A stretch of DNA of 64,000 nucleotides. Source: a virus (lineage: Duplodnaviria; Heunggongvirae; Uroviricota; Caudoviricetes). Positions 27,245 through 36,507 of the stretch are shown piece by piece. Under the pieces are notes generated by a model, which had not been told where the DNA came from, ran no database searches, and was given only the letters and a program-made list of their open reading frames with translations. Positions within the stretch are counted from its first letter, which is position 1. Each line of letters begins with the position of its first letter. Position numbers and translations under genes: made by a program. The stretch is from IMG/VR virus record IMGVR_UViG_3300032280_000594; one strand, written 5' to 3'.

Positions 27245-27483
27245 TAATCTGCTAGTTGTTTAAGTTCGTTAGCTAATTTAGTAAGTGATTGTTCATCACC
27301 TTTAAGATCAAGATAAACAGTTTCTCTATTGATACCACATAGTTTATCAACCCAGTCTTTATTTAAAGGTTCTGATTTGACTTCACCATCAATACCATAA
27401 GAAATACATCTTTGTTTGATAAAGGTTACAAGGTTAACACTCATAGGTGCTTCGATAAATGTTTTAAGTGTTGCTTGTGCCAT
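27244..27483 (-). CDS. hypothetical protein
   Basis: ORF track 79 aa. Confidence 0.45.
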   Translation of the reverse strand: MAQATLKTFIEAPMSVNLVTFIKQRCISYGIDGEVKSEPLNKDWVDKLCGINRETVYLDLKGDEQSLTKLANELKQLAD

Positions 27484-27636
27484 ATATGTATATTTTAGGT
27501 GTTTGTGATTAACATTTAGGTAATAGTATATTATGAAAATTATAGTTATACAATATCTTTTCTCATGTTATTTACTTATTTTATACAAAGATATATAATA
27601 AAAAAAGACTAAACAAATTATTTAGTCTTTCTTTTA

Positions 27637-27915
27637 TTATTTATTTTCTTGAATATGGTGTTTCCAAATTAGAAAATCTTGCCACATTCCATCTACTACA
27701 TCAGTTATTTCATCATTGTAATCTTCACTATCTAATTTTTGTTTATAGTCTTGTAGAAATTCTATAAGTTGATCTATCCTAAAGTATAAATGTTTATTTG
27801 GATTCGAAGAATCTGAATTTTTTTCCCAACCTGCTAATGATCCAGGATGATCCATCCCAGATAAAGTACCCATTCCATGACTATCAAAATTTTCAAACTT
27901 TTTAATTTGTATCAT
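27637..27915 (-). CDS. hypothetical protein
   Basis: ORF track 92 aa. Confidence 0.45.
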   Translation of the reverse strand: MIQIKKFENFDSHGMGTLSGMDHPGSLAGWEKNSDSSNPNKHLYFRIDQLIEFLQDYKQKLDSEDYNDEITDVVDGMWQDFLIWKHHIQENK

Positions 27916-28048
27916 AATATTATTTTTTATTTTTATATATTAAATGAAAAAAATCATTTTTTAACATTTTTAATTAAATATATTATCTAGTATTGAAATT
28001 AGTTCATTTTTAGTCAATAAACCATTGTAGGTAAAAAATCCATCAATT

Positions 28049-28444
28049 TTATAATGTTTCTCCTTCAATTAATCTTGATGCTGTTGCATAGTTTGTTGCT
28101 AGAGGTATATCATATACATTACATAACCTCATCAACATATGTATATCTACTGAGTGTGGGTGTGAAAACATAGGGTCTATAAAGAAAATGACCATATCAA
28201 TCTTTCCTTCTACTATCAGTGAAGCGATTTGAGCGTCTCCACCTAATGGTCCAGACTTTAGACATTCTACTTCTAAACCTCCGGCATGTATGATATGAGT
28301 GCCGGTTGTACCAGTGGCATAAAGTTTCACTGATTTATCTTTAAAGTAGTTTAAACGTTTCATAACGAAAGCGACCATATCGGCTTTCTTGTTGTCGTGG
28401 GCAATGAGTGCTATGTTCATAGGTAAATTATTTTTACAGTACAA
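28049..28444 (-). CDS. mgsA: methylglyoxal synthase
   Basis: NIALIAHDNKK, ATGTTG, SGPLGGDAQI, VIFFIDP motifs of the MGS family. Confidence 0.8.
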   Translation of the reverse strand: MYCKNNLPMNIALIAHDNKKADMVAFVMKRLNYFKDKSVKLYATGTTGTHIIHAGGLEVECLKSGPLGGDAQIASLIVEGKIDMVIFFIDPMFSHPHSVDIHMLMRLCNVYDIPLATNYATASRLIEGETL

Positions 28445-28464
28445 AGGTAAGGATAATAACTGAT

Positions 28465-28497
28465 TTTGTCAAAAATCCGTGCAGATTTTTGCTTTTT
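28465..28497. promoter_or_regulatory. motif copy H (gtcaaaaatccgtgcagatttttgc), about 55 nt upstream of the mgsA start
   Basis: A/T stem caaaaat/atttttg with loop CCGTGCAG. Confidence 0.4.
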
Positions 28498-28518
28498 CTA
28501 CTCTACGGTGTAATACTA

Positions 28519-28692
28519 TCAGTCTGCTGCGCAGTAATAACCTTTGAAACTATGTTCTTTTATCAAGTTCTCACTTATCAATCGGTCTATCTGAGCTTTC
28601 GTAGTTTGTATATCTTCTTTGGTTATATACTGACATATATAATTGATATGGGTTGGTAGATTCAATTTCTTTAATAATTCGGTATCTTTCAT
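28519..28692 (-). CDS. hypothetical small protein
   Basis: track ORF 28519..28758 trimmed to the internal start MKDTELLKK, which gives an ATGA overlap with the upstream gene. Confidence 0.35.
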   Translation of the reverse strand: MKDTELLKKLNLPTHINYICQYITKEDIQTTKAQIDRLISENLIKEHSFKGYYCAAD

Positions 28693-29021
28693 TTTATTGA
28701 TTCGATAAATATATAAAAATTTAATAACATATAGAATATGGCAGGTAAACTTACCCATAATGTATCTTTTGATTTCAATCTAAATAGTATAGCTATAAAC
28801 ATAAGTAACGCTAATCCACCAGATGAGATAATGAGTATTGGATTATATAACATACCTACTAATAATCCTATAGAACCCATTAACTCTAATGTAATGGTTA
28901 GTAAACCAATCTTTTCTAAATTAAGTCTTTTAAACTCATCCTTCATGAAAGGTGAAATAAAATAAGATATGAAATAGATAAAGAATGATAAACTGGATAG
29001 GTAGATTGCTATATTATACAT
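28689..29021 (-). CDS. DoxX-like integral membrane protein
   Basis: 4 predicted TM segments; FKRLNLEKIGLLTITLELMGSIGLLVG pattern. Confidence 0.5.
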   Translation of the reverse strand: MYNIAIYLSSLSFFIYFISYFISPFMKDEFKRLNLEKIGLLTITLELMGSIGLLVGMLYNPILIISSGGLALLMFIAILFRLKSKDTLWVSLPAIFYMLLNFYIFIESIK

Positions 29022-29353
29022 TAAGTAAATAATGTTATATAAACACTTAATACCAATAGAATAAATGATGGTACTCTTTTCAATAAAGTACTGTTTACTC
29101 TAAAATGGAAGTATTGTGCCATAAACATCATTGTAGCCATACCTACTGCTGCAGGTTGAGTAAGTTCATTAAACCATATACCGGTAATTAGTAAGGTAGC
29201 TAAAACTATTTTAGTTGTACCTACTAGATTTCTGGTAGTACCGTTTAGATTGAATTTTATGAATTCAGCTACTACGTTATCATATCGGAAAATCCAAACC
29301 CAAAGGACAGATATTGTGACTATTATTTGAGAGATTGTAATGTAATTTATCAT
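29021..29353 (-). CDS. DoxX-like integral membrane protein (paralog of the previous gene)
   Basis: similar length and hydropathy; TKIVLATLLITGIWF. Confidence 0.5.
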   Translation of the reverse strand: MINYITISQIIVTISVLWVWIFRYDNVVAEFIKFNLNGTTRNLVGTTKIVLATLLITGIWFNELTQPAAVGMATMMFMAQYFHFRVNSTLLKRVPSFILLVLSVYITLFT

Positions 29354-29355
29354 TG

Positions 29356-29772
29356 TTATATTATATTTTTTATGATGGGAAAACTTCTATATCTAGTTCT
29401 TTTTTGTCTATCATTTTTTTTGTTTCTTTTTATAAAGTCTTCAATATCATTTTGGTGATAACTAAGAAGTTGTCCTATTCTTCTGGTATCATTTTCAGTG
29501 GCCCAGTATGCAAAGTACCCATTATACTTTTCGGCAATATCTTTTAGTTCTTGGGCTTGTGTTTCAGAACCAGGTCTAAAGTAGATATAAACTTCTTGTG
29601 GATTAGATGGTATTTTAAGTACTTTCAAGTTATTTGTTTTTATAATATCCCAGAAGTTACCTGTTAATGAGTTATGTATTAAACCTATGGTTCCTATGTT
29701 TCTTTTACCATTGATAACAGTTTCTATGGCATTATTATCATTGTGTGCTTCATGAGCTCTTATGTTCTTCAT
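29356..29772 (-). CDS. hypothetical protein
   Basis: ORF track 138 aa. Confidence 0.45.
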   Translation of the reverse strand: MKNIRAHEAHNDNNAIETVINGKRNIGTIGLIHNSLTGNFWDIIKTNNLKVLKIPSNPQEVYIYFRPGSETQAQELKDIAEKYNGYFAYWATENDTRRIGQLLSYHQNDIEDFIKRNKKNDRQKRTRYRSFPIIKNII

Positions 29773-29931
29773 ATATTACAATTGTTTAGGTGTTCTCTTT
29801 GATAAACTAACTAAGTTGTTAAAAAATGATGTTTTATTTCTTTTTAAATATTTTTGATAATATTGGTATTAGTATTAAACACAATATTAGTATAAATCCT
29901 TGATATTCTTCCATATTTTTAAATATTTTTA

Positions 29932-30360
29932 TTAAGATGGAAATACTTCTATTGTTCTTTCTTCTTTAACCAGATCACTCCATACACCTTCATATCTAGT
30001 TCCTTTTACTATATGGTTATCCACCCAGTGGTAGTTACCACCTCTTGGTTTATTCATAAGTAATCCGTGATACTTATAACCCCATTTATCTAACCAAGCT
30101 TCAGTTATTTCTCTATGTTCTTCTGTTCTAGAAGTAAAGAATGTTATTACGTGACCTTCATCATACCATTTGTTTAGCGTTTCAATAGAACCGGCATAAG
30201 GTTGAACCACGGCCATTCTTTGAGGTTCTTCGTTGGGTACATCATCGGTGATAGTACCGTCTATATCGATTAGATAGTTTTTGATGTCTTGTGGTAGTTG
30301 AGGACTCGCTAGGTGTCCTTCATCATCTAGTATTGAGATTAGGTTTATTTCTTTTTTCAT
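29932..30360 (-). CDS. HAD-superfamily phosphatase/nucleotidase-like
   Basis: motif I LIDIDGTIT; TFFTSR (motif II-like). Confidence 0.55.
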   Translation of the reverse strand: MKKEINLISILDDEGHLASPQLPQDIKNYLIDIDGTITDDVPNEEPQRMAVVQPYAGSIETLNKWYDEGHVITFFTSRTEEHREITEAWLDKWGYKYHGLLMNKPRGGNYHWVDNHIVKGTRYEGVWSDLVKEERTIEVFPS

Positions 30361-30401
30361 ATGTGTTATATGAATTTTATAGTGATTGGTTTACCAATCT
30401 T

Positions 30402-30794
30402 CTATAGTTCTCCCTTATTTTTTAATTCTCTATATGTTTCGTGATCTATAAACTTACCCTCAACGTCATAACCCCACTGTCTCTTTGGTTTTGAAGCAAA
30501 GAAAAGTGTATAAACAACAGGTGTCTCCATTTGTAGTATCTTATGATAGTCTTCACCGTCTCTTACATTGATTTTACCAGGTCTTTGAAATTTAATACCC
30601 CTTTGTGTTTGTTCGATATAAGAACCTTTTAAAACGACTGACGTGAAGTCCCAAGGGTGGTTATGAAGATGTTTATCTGCATCGGCTTTATAAATAGCGT
30701 GTAGCCAGATAGAACCGAAGGGTGTTTTAAGAATTTCCCATCGTTTGAAGTGGACATCACCGGCTTTCGATTTGATTTCTTTGATAAGTTTCAT
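30402..30794 (-). CDS. hypothetical protein (His-rich HLHNHPWDF segment, possibly cupin-like)
   Basis: ORF track 130 aa. Confidence 0.45.
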   Translation of the reverse strand: MKLIKEIKSKAGDVHFKRWEILKTPFGSIWLHAIYKADADKHLHNHPWDFTSVVLKGSYIEQTQRGIKFQRPGKINVRDGEDYHKILQMETPVVYTLFFASKPKRQWGYDVEGKFIDHETYRELKNKGEL

Positions 30795-30796
30795 AT

Positions 30797-30821
30797 TACA
30801 AATATACGGATTTTTTTAATG
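30797..30821. promoter_or_regulatory. partial motif copy I (tacaaatatacggatttttttaatg)
   Basis: half-site ACGGATTTTT in the 21-nt gap between two - genes. Confidence 0.25.
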
Positions 30822-31193
30822 TTTATTAGCTTTTATCTCTGCTAGGTATTCTTGGTACAAATCTTCTAATTCAGTTTCATCATCATCTACTGACTGCAAC
30901 CACATTTTAAAATCTTGTGATGTAATACTATGGTCTACGTATGGCATTGGAAAGTATTCAGTTCCTTTTTCATCAATCAACATACTATTGGGTCTACCTT
31001 TTAAATCAATTTCTTCATAGGTAAGTTTATTATCATAGTATCTAGACATATAAAGTTTTTCACCGTCTCCGTGTCGACATTCAACCATATCGGTATTATC
31101 ATCCCATAGAAGTATTCTAACTGTGTGGTGACAATTAGGAAATCTGGTAAGTAGGTCTTGTTTGACTAAATCTATTTTTTCTTGTAGGATCAT
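30816..31193 (-). CDS. hypothetical protein
   Basis: ORF track 125 aa. Confidence 0.45.
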   Translation of the reverse strand: MILQEKIDLVKQDLLTRFPNCHHTVRILLWDDNTDMVECRHGDGEKLYMSRYYDNKLTYEEIDLKGRPNSMLIDEKGTEYFPMPYVDHSITSQDFKMWLQSVDDDETELEDLYQEYLAEIKANKH

Positions 31194-31194
31194 A

Positions 31195-31518
31195 TTACTT
31201 AGATTTTTTGATAACTAAGATAGAGTCATTCTCGGATATAATTGATTCTACATTGATAGTTCTTTCAGTTTCTTTATTGACAAGGATTACTGATTGTTGG
31301 TGTTTACCTGATTTATAAGTTGTAGAAATGGCTTGGTTATTTAGAACAGCTACTTTTACATAATCACCTTCACCACAAGATACTCTATAAACTTTAAGGC
31401 CTTTTAGTTCGGCGGGTAAGGTTGATTCGTCACCGGTTAGGGTTTGACGTGTTAAACCTTTATCTTCACAAGAAGTAAGTGTTAGTAATAGAATAAGTGC
31501 TAATAGTATTTTTTTCAT
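31195..31518 (-). CDS. lipoprotein
   Basis: signal peptide plus lipobox MKKILLALILLLTLTSC. Confidence 0.55.
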   Translation of the reverse strand: MKKILLALILLLTLTSCEDKGLTRQTLTGDESTLPAELKGLKVYRVSCGEGDYVKVAVLNNQAISTTYKSGKHQQSVILVNKETERTINVESIISENDSILVIKKSK

Positions 31519-31551
31519 AATTTATAAGTTTTATAATTGTTATTTAACTAA

Positions 31552-31580
31552 AGAGAGGGTCATAAGACCCTCTTTTATTA
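31552..31580 (+). terminator. hairpin plus T-run (agagggtc-ataa-gaccctct-tttatt)
   Basis: perfect 8-bp stem; oriented for + strand although flanking genes are on -. Confidence 0.4.
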
Positions 31581-32408
31581 TTTTAATCCTTTAATCACAG
31601 TTGTTCCTGCACCAAAGACGTTGTTATTACCATATCGAGAGACACCTTTATCTGCCCACTTCTCTTCAATTTCAAGTTCTTTCAATCTCAAGATTGCTGG
31701 TTGAGACATAAGTGCTTTAGCTTTAGTATCATATTCAGCCGTTTCAAAACGTCCTCTAGCTGCTTCTACAGTAGATGCTGCAATATTTGTCTCATAAGCT
31801 TTTAATTTCTCTGCTTTCAAGTTAAGTTGTTCTTGTTCTTGTTTAGCAATAATAGCGGAAGCAATGGCAGATGGTAAATCTACATCGGTAACCTCGGCAA
31901 ATGCAACGTGAATATTTTCTTTAGCTAGTGAGGTTCTAACACTTGTTTCGATTTCACTTTCAACGTTTTCACGTTTAGCTCCATATATTTGTTCGTATCC
32001 ATATCTACCAATAGCATCTTTAATAGCACCAGATGATTGTACATCAATTACACTAGCTTCATAGCCGGGTCCGTGTTTAAGGTGTACGAATGGTGATTTG
32101 CCTCTTAGTAAAGCAGCTGACACGGTTACGGATACGGTTACTTCGGTTCCATCTTTATCGAGTACTTTGGCGGTATACTTATATGATTTATACTGCACGT
32201 TGTAGGTAATCATTTCTTTCCAAGGAAGGTATGGTGTATACCCTTCACTATAGGTCATAGTTTTATCGATACCACCACCAAAGCTATCGAAGAGGAAACC
32301 TTCTTCTCCGGGTTTGATTGTTTTACCACTAAAGGCAAAGATACCAAGTGTAATTACAAGACCGAGTCCTGCTAAAATTTTTAAAATTCCTGTAAATGTT
32401 AAGTTCAT
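31578..32408 (-). CDS. SPFH / band-7 (stomatin-prohibitin-HflK/C) domain protein
   Basis: N-terminal TM helix then SPFH core (TKDGTEVTVSVTVSA..., IDVQSSGAIKDAIG...) and C-terminal coiled coil EQEQLNLKAEKLKA. Confidence 0.75.
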   Translation of the reverse strand: MNLTFTGILKILAGLGLVITLGIFAFSGKTIKPGEEGFLFDSFGGGIDKTMTYSEGYTPYLPWKEMITYNVQYKSYKYTAKVLDKDGTEVTVSVTVSAALLRGKSPFVHLKHGPGYEASVIDVQSSGAIKDAIGRYGYEQIYGAKRENVESEIETSVRTSLAKENIHVAFAEVTDVDLPSAIASAIIAKQEQEQLNLKAEKLKAYETNIAASTVEAARGRFETAEYDTKAKALMSQPAILRLKELEIEEKWADKGVSRYGNNNVFGAGTTVIKGLK

Positions 32409-32623
32409 TATTTTTTTGTTTTATTTGTTGTTAAGTATTTTTGAAAGTCTGGATATTTGAAGATTGCCCATATTGAAGCTATTGTACCTAGAATTCCTAT
32501 AATTTTAAGGGGTCTAGCTAGTCTTAGCATTTCAATTGAGATAAATAATAAAAAAGCGATAATAGCCATATAAGCTATATAGACAAAGATGTTATCGCGA
32601 ACTGATTTAAAGTAGTTACTCAT
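32408..32623 (-). CDS. small 2-TM membrane protein, likely partner of the SPFH protein
   Basis: 71 aa, ATGA overlap with SPFH start; arrangement resembles NfeD/YbbJ-SPFH operons. Confidence 0.45.
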   Translation of the reverse strand: MSNYFKSVRDNIFVYIAYMAIIAFLLFISIEMLRLARPLKIIGILGTIASIWAIFKYPDFQKYLTTNKTKK

Positions 32624-32672
32624 ATTTTGATTTTGTTTTACAAAGATAGGTATAAAAATTGAATAACCTAAT

Positions 32673-32903
32673 TTATATTCCTAAATCGTTTAATTTATCG
32701 TTTCTTGTTTCTTGTAGGTCTAATTTGATTGATTCATTACTAATTTCAAATATATTACAAGTTCTTCCACCTGAGTTGGTTGTAGCTTCTATAAGTTCAA
32801 CTCTATAGAACTTTAATGTTTCATTTATGCCGGTGATAATAGCTTTTTGGTTATAAACCCCCGCGATGTATTTTGTTACGATTACTTTGTCACCTACTTT
32901 CAT
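32673..32903 (-). CDS. FamB protein
   Basis: ends ETRNDKLNDLGI. Confidence 0.55.
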   Translation of the reverse strand: MKVGDKVIVTKYIAGVYNQKAIITGINETLKFYRVELIEATTNSGGRTCNIFEISNESIKLDLQETRNDKLNDLGI

Positions 32904-33205
32904 TAGAAGAGGATTCTTTTATAACCTTGATTTTCTCTAGTTTCGTTATCAAGTATGGTTATCTCGGTGGTAAAGAATCCATTAGTTATCTTTACTTCTT
33001 TCTTGAGGATACTAAACTTTATATCGGATAGGTAGATAAATCCATCTGGTATATGAATAGGATAATCACTTATAAGAGACATATCTACTTCATTGTTTAA
33101 TAGAGTCAGTTTTATATCTCTGATTAGATCAGTGGGAATTTGTTTATCTAATATGAATTGTATTTTATACTTCATAATTGTTTTTAATTTTTCTTTATCA
33201 GTCAT
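32903..33205 (-). CDS. hypothetical protein
   Basis: ORF track 100 aa. Confidence 0.45.
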   Translation of the reverse strand: MTDKEKLKTIMKYKIQFILDKQIPTDLIRDIKLTLLNNEVDMSLISDYPIHIPDGFIYLSDIKFSILKKEVKITNGFFTTEITILDNETRENQGYKRILF

Positions 33206-33758
33206 TTAGTAATTCTTTTAGTTTTGTATCTCTATTATAAATAGTATAGTGATCATTTATTATTTTGTTTACATCATTGGGTTCTACCAATCTACACTCT
33301 GTTTTCTTTATTAACTTATCTAATCTATGGTATCTATACCAATAAAAAGGAGCTGGTGCATCAGTAATATTAATTATATGTTCCTTAAAATCATTATTGA
33401 TTTTTTTATATGTTGATAATGTATAACCAAATTGGTATGAACTTTTAGTTATGAGAAGTACATTATCTACATCAATTATTTTCATATAATATGAAATAGA
33501 ATTTAGTATATAACCACCATTAATTCTTGTGTGAACTTCAAATGAATCATCAAACTCTTTAATATTAATAAGTTTGATGGCCTTATAAAAATTAATAAAA
33601 CTTTGTTTAAAGTTCATATTGTTTTTGAATTTTGTAATTTCTTTACCATTTTGTTGACCAAATGTTAAAATACTAGCAAATTCTAATATAATATACATAA
33701 TTATTAGAGCTCCTATTACCATTGGTATTATAATTGATAATATTGATGTGTTTGTCAT
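33198..33758 (-). CDS. membrane-anchored hypothetical protein
   Basis: N-terminal TM SILSIIIPMVIGALIIMYIILEF. Confidence 0.45.
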   Translation of the reverse strand: MTNTSILSIIIPMVIGALIIMYIILEFASILTFGQQNGKEITKFKNNMNFKQSFINFYKAIKLINIKEFDDSFEVHTRINGGYILNSISYYMKIIDVDNVLLITKSSYQFGYTLSTYKKINNDFKEHIINITDAPAPFYWYRYHRLDKLIKKTECRLVEPNDVNKIINDHYTIYNRDTKLKELLND

Positions 33759-33896
33759 TTTTTACCTCTATTTTTTGATGAGACATATGGATATAACTTT
33801 TTATGTTTTTTTATTGGAATGATTGTTAGGATAGTATAACTTTATACCATTCTCCTTTGATTAGGAATCTGGAACTTCTAACACAAAGCACTTACA

Positions 33897-34283
33897 TTAC
33901 ATGAATTTGCTAAACATATCAAACATACTTCCCATAATTTTACCTTGACTGGCAAGTTTCTTATCATATCTTGGATGGTCTTTAGAAATCAATCTAATAT
34001 TCCATATAGGAGTATCATCTTCTCTAAATGTATATTCTCCTGCTGTGGTAGAACTAATTCCCCATTCCTTAATCATTTCACTACCGGTATCACCTAATTC
34101 ATCGGCATAATGAGCGACTCTATCTTTGAAGTACAGTTTTCTACCGGACTTTTCAGAGATAGGGTATTTATAAGTGTCTATGATTGTAGAAACAATGGCT
34201 AGGTCGTCTTTAGTCATTGGGTTATCGATAAGTACTAGGTCACCTGCTTTTAGCTCGGTGAATGATTTAATTTGTGTTTCCAT
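33897..34283 (-). CDS. hypothetical protein
   Basis: ORF track 128 aa. Confidence 0.45.
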   Translation of the reverse strand: METQIKSFTELKAGDLVLIDNPMTKDDLAIVSTIIDTYKYPISEKSGRKLYFKDRVAHYADELGDTGSEMIKEWGISSTTAGEYTFREDDTPIWNIRLISKDHPRYDKKLASQGKIMGSMFDMFSKFM

Positions 34284-34534
34284 TATAATTCTATTCTATT
34301 AATATTTTCTTTAGGTTGTTCGTTTGTTTCTTGTTCTGGTTCTACACCAGGGAATTCCCAACACTTTAATGCTGCAGCCACTGCACATGGTTGTGATAAG
34401 AACAATAGGAATAACCAACTTTCATTATTTGTGATAAGGTATGGTATAATAGGTAAAATACCGATTACGATTGGTGTAAAAGCCATAAATAGTAATAGGT
34501 AGATTGTTTTTAGTTCTTTGATAAAATTCTTCAT
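34283..34534 (-). CDS. small membrane protein
   Basis: two hydrophobic helices; ATGA overlap with 34531..34764; preferred over the antisense track ORF 34272..34502. Confidence 0.4.
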   Translation of the reverse strand: MKNFIKELKTIYLLLFMAFTPIVIGILPIIPYLITNNESWLFLLFLSQPCAVAAALKCWEFPGVEPEQETNEQPKENINRIEL

Positions 34535-34764
34535 ATAAGTTTATTTAATTGTTTATCTCTCCATTGTTCTAATAGCATAAAGTCTTTCATAAAGTAAGCA
34601 TGGTACTGGTTATTATCATCAGTAATCCATACCGCTACATCATCATCTATTCTTTCATAGCTTTCTGCTGTATAAACTTTCTGTAGAGTTAGACCATCTA
34701 TTTTCACACCATTTGGATAATGTTGGTTAATAGCTATATTATTAATACAAATAATTTGATCCAT
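34531..34764 (-). CDS. FamB protein
   Basis: ends FMLLEQWRDKQLNKLI. Confidence 0.5.
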   Translation of the reverse strand: MDQIICINNIAINQHYPNGVKIDGLTLQKVYTAESYERIDDDVAVWITDDNNQYHAYFMKDFMLLEQWRDKQLNKLI

Positions 34765-35105
34765 TATTTTGCAGAGTATCTAGTATCTACAAGTTTTTTA
34801 TTTTCATCAAATACTGATGTTTTGATTACTTGTATTGTATCACCTACTTTATGATTAGTTTGACCAATAGTAATCGTATCTTTCTCTACAACGAATTCGG
34901 TTGTATATTTTGCAGCATGATGGTTGTTACCCCAGTGCCAACAGAAGCCGCCTTTCCAAGCAGAGTATCCATAATGGTATTCATACTTATCGTAAGCTTC
35001 TACAGAGTCTTTATAGGTTATAACTCCTTTTACTTCGGTATCTTTATAGGTAAAGTTTTGACAAGCGGTTAAACTTAGTAATAGTACTAGTATTATTTTT
35101 CTCAT
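34764..35105 (-). CDS. lipoprotein
   Basis: MRKIILVLLLSLTAC lipobox. Confidence 0.55.
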   Translation of the reverse strand: MRKIILVLLLSLTACQNFTYKDTEVKGVITYKDSVEAYDKYEYHYGYSAWKGGFCWHWGNNHHAAKYTTEFVVEKDTITIGQTNHKVGDTIQVIKTSVFDENKKLVDTRYSAK

Positions 35106-35341
35106 AGTATTTTATTTAATTGTTGTTCTCTCCATTGTTCTAATGTAATAAAGTTCTCTATTAATTCCCAGCTTTTAAACCCGGCATCGTTGGTGATAAA
35201 GTAATCTTTATTTGAGAAGGATTCAACACATTCATATATTTTCCCAGGTGTTATAGGTGAAATGGAACCTTCTTCTAAGCTGAGATTATTTACACACATT
35301 AATTTCATTGTAGAATTATATTTAGTTGTTTCTGTCTCCAT
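35102..35341 (-). CDS. FamB protein
   Basis: MKLMCVNN...FITLEQWREQQLNKIL. Confidence 0.55.
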   Translation of the reverse strand: METETTKYNSTMKLMCVNNLSLEEGSISPITPGKIYECVESFSNKDYFITNDAGFKSWELIENFITLEQWREQQLNKIL

Positions 35342-35517
35342 TGTTGGACTGTAATGAATTTATATTTCTCAACAAACCATTCACTACCATTTCTCTCAAA
35401 TGTATATGAAATTATATCTGTGGTATTATCATAAACTTCTAACCAGTCACCAGGTTCAATAGTAAATCCAGACATTTTGAAATTGCATTGATCTATACAC
35501 ATCACTCTCATATTCAC
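35305..35517 (-). CDS. FamB protein
   Basis: MRVMCIDQ...FITVQQWRQKQLNIILQ. Confidence 0.5.
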   Translation of the reverse strand: MNMRVMCIDQCNFKMSGFTIEPGDWLEVYDNTTDIISYTFERNGSEWFVEKYKFITVQQWRQKQLNIILQ

Positions 35518-35750
35518 AGTTGTTCTAGTTTATCATTTCTTATTTCGGATGTGGCATCTTCAAACCATCTACCATCAGTATCTATTAGATAGTAATTTCT
35601 CAATTCATTTTTGTCAGTAATAATATCAATTGATTCGTTATTATGAGGTTTAGTATCTGAATTATGATTTACAACCTCATAAATCTTACCTACGGTTAAA
35701 TCACTACTACCTGAAAATTCACCTTTATAAATACATTTAGCATATTTCAT
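35514..35750 (-). CDS. FamB protein
   Basis: MKYAKCIY...EIRNDKLEQL. Confidence 0.5.
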   Translation of the reverse strand: MKYAKCIYKGEFSGSSDLTVGKIYEVVNHNSDTKPHNNESIDIITDKNELRNYYLIDTDGRWFEDATSEIRNDKLEQL

Positions 35751-35984
35751 ATTCCAACCTTGTTTAATTGATTATCTCTCCATTTTTCTAAGGTAATGAA
35801 GTCTTTATCATTATCAAAGTAAAGTAGTTCAGAACCATCATCTGCTATAAACCAATTTACAGTATCAACAAATGCTCTCCCGTTCCACCAAGTGTAAACG
35901 AAGCAGTATGTGAGAATATATCATATATCTTACCTATAGTTAATGTATCTTTATTGATGTCTATTTTCTTAACACATATCACTT

Positions 35985-36290
35985 TCATATACCTAATTTA
36001 TTTAGTTGATTATCTCTCCATTTATCTAATTCCACAAGTATAAAATTATTATCTGGTATATCATCTAATGATGATAAAATTGTAGGCAAAGATTTATCTA
36101 GTATCTTTACTGGTTTATAATGTTCTACAGCATAAGTATTTAGATAATATCGTTCATTATTATCAGATACTATGAAGAATACATCTTTAGAGATATATGG
36201 ATGTATATCATATAATTTATTTTTGGTGAAGTTCCATGTTCTAGCAATTCCAATCGTACAAGTTGGTCCAGTATAAAGTATTTTATTCAT
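35985..36290 (-). CDS. FamB protein
   Basis: ends LDKWRDNQLNKLGI. Confidence 0.55.
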   Translation of the reverse strand: MNKILYTGPTCTIGIARTWNFTKNKLYDIHPYISKDVFFIVSDNNERYYLNTYAVEHYKPVKILDKSLPTILSSLDDIPDNNFILVELDKWRDNQLNKLGI

Positions 36291-36507
36291 TTTCTATAAT
36301 AGTATTTATTTTTTGTTCTCTTGCTTCTTGTATAGATATAAATCTCTCTGGACTATAAAGAGCATAATTGTCTTTATCATCTAGTATATATACTGCTCCA
36401 TCATATCTTACGTCAAATACTTCATATTGTTTCCATATGGTAAGAGCGGGCATATAATTCTTATCATAATTTTTAATACAAACTATTATATCTCCTTTGT
36501 CGAACAT
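36283..36507 (-). CDS. FamB-like protein
   Basis: ends FISIQEAREQKINTIIENE. Confidence 0.45.
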   Translation of the reverse strand: MFDKGDIIVCIKNYDKNYMPALTIWKQYEVFDVRYDGAVYILDDKDNYALYSPERFISIQEAREQKINTIIENE

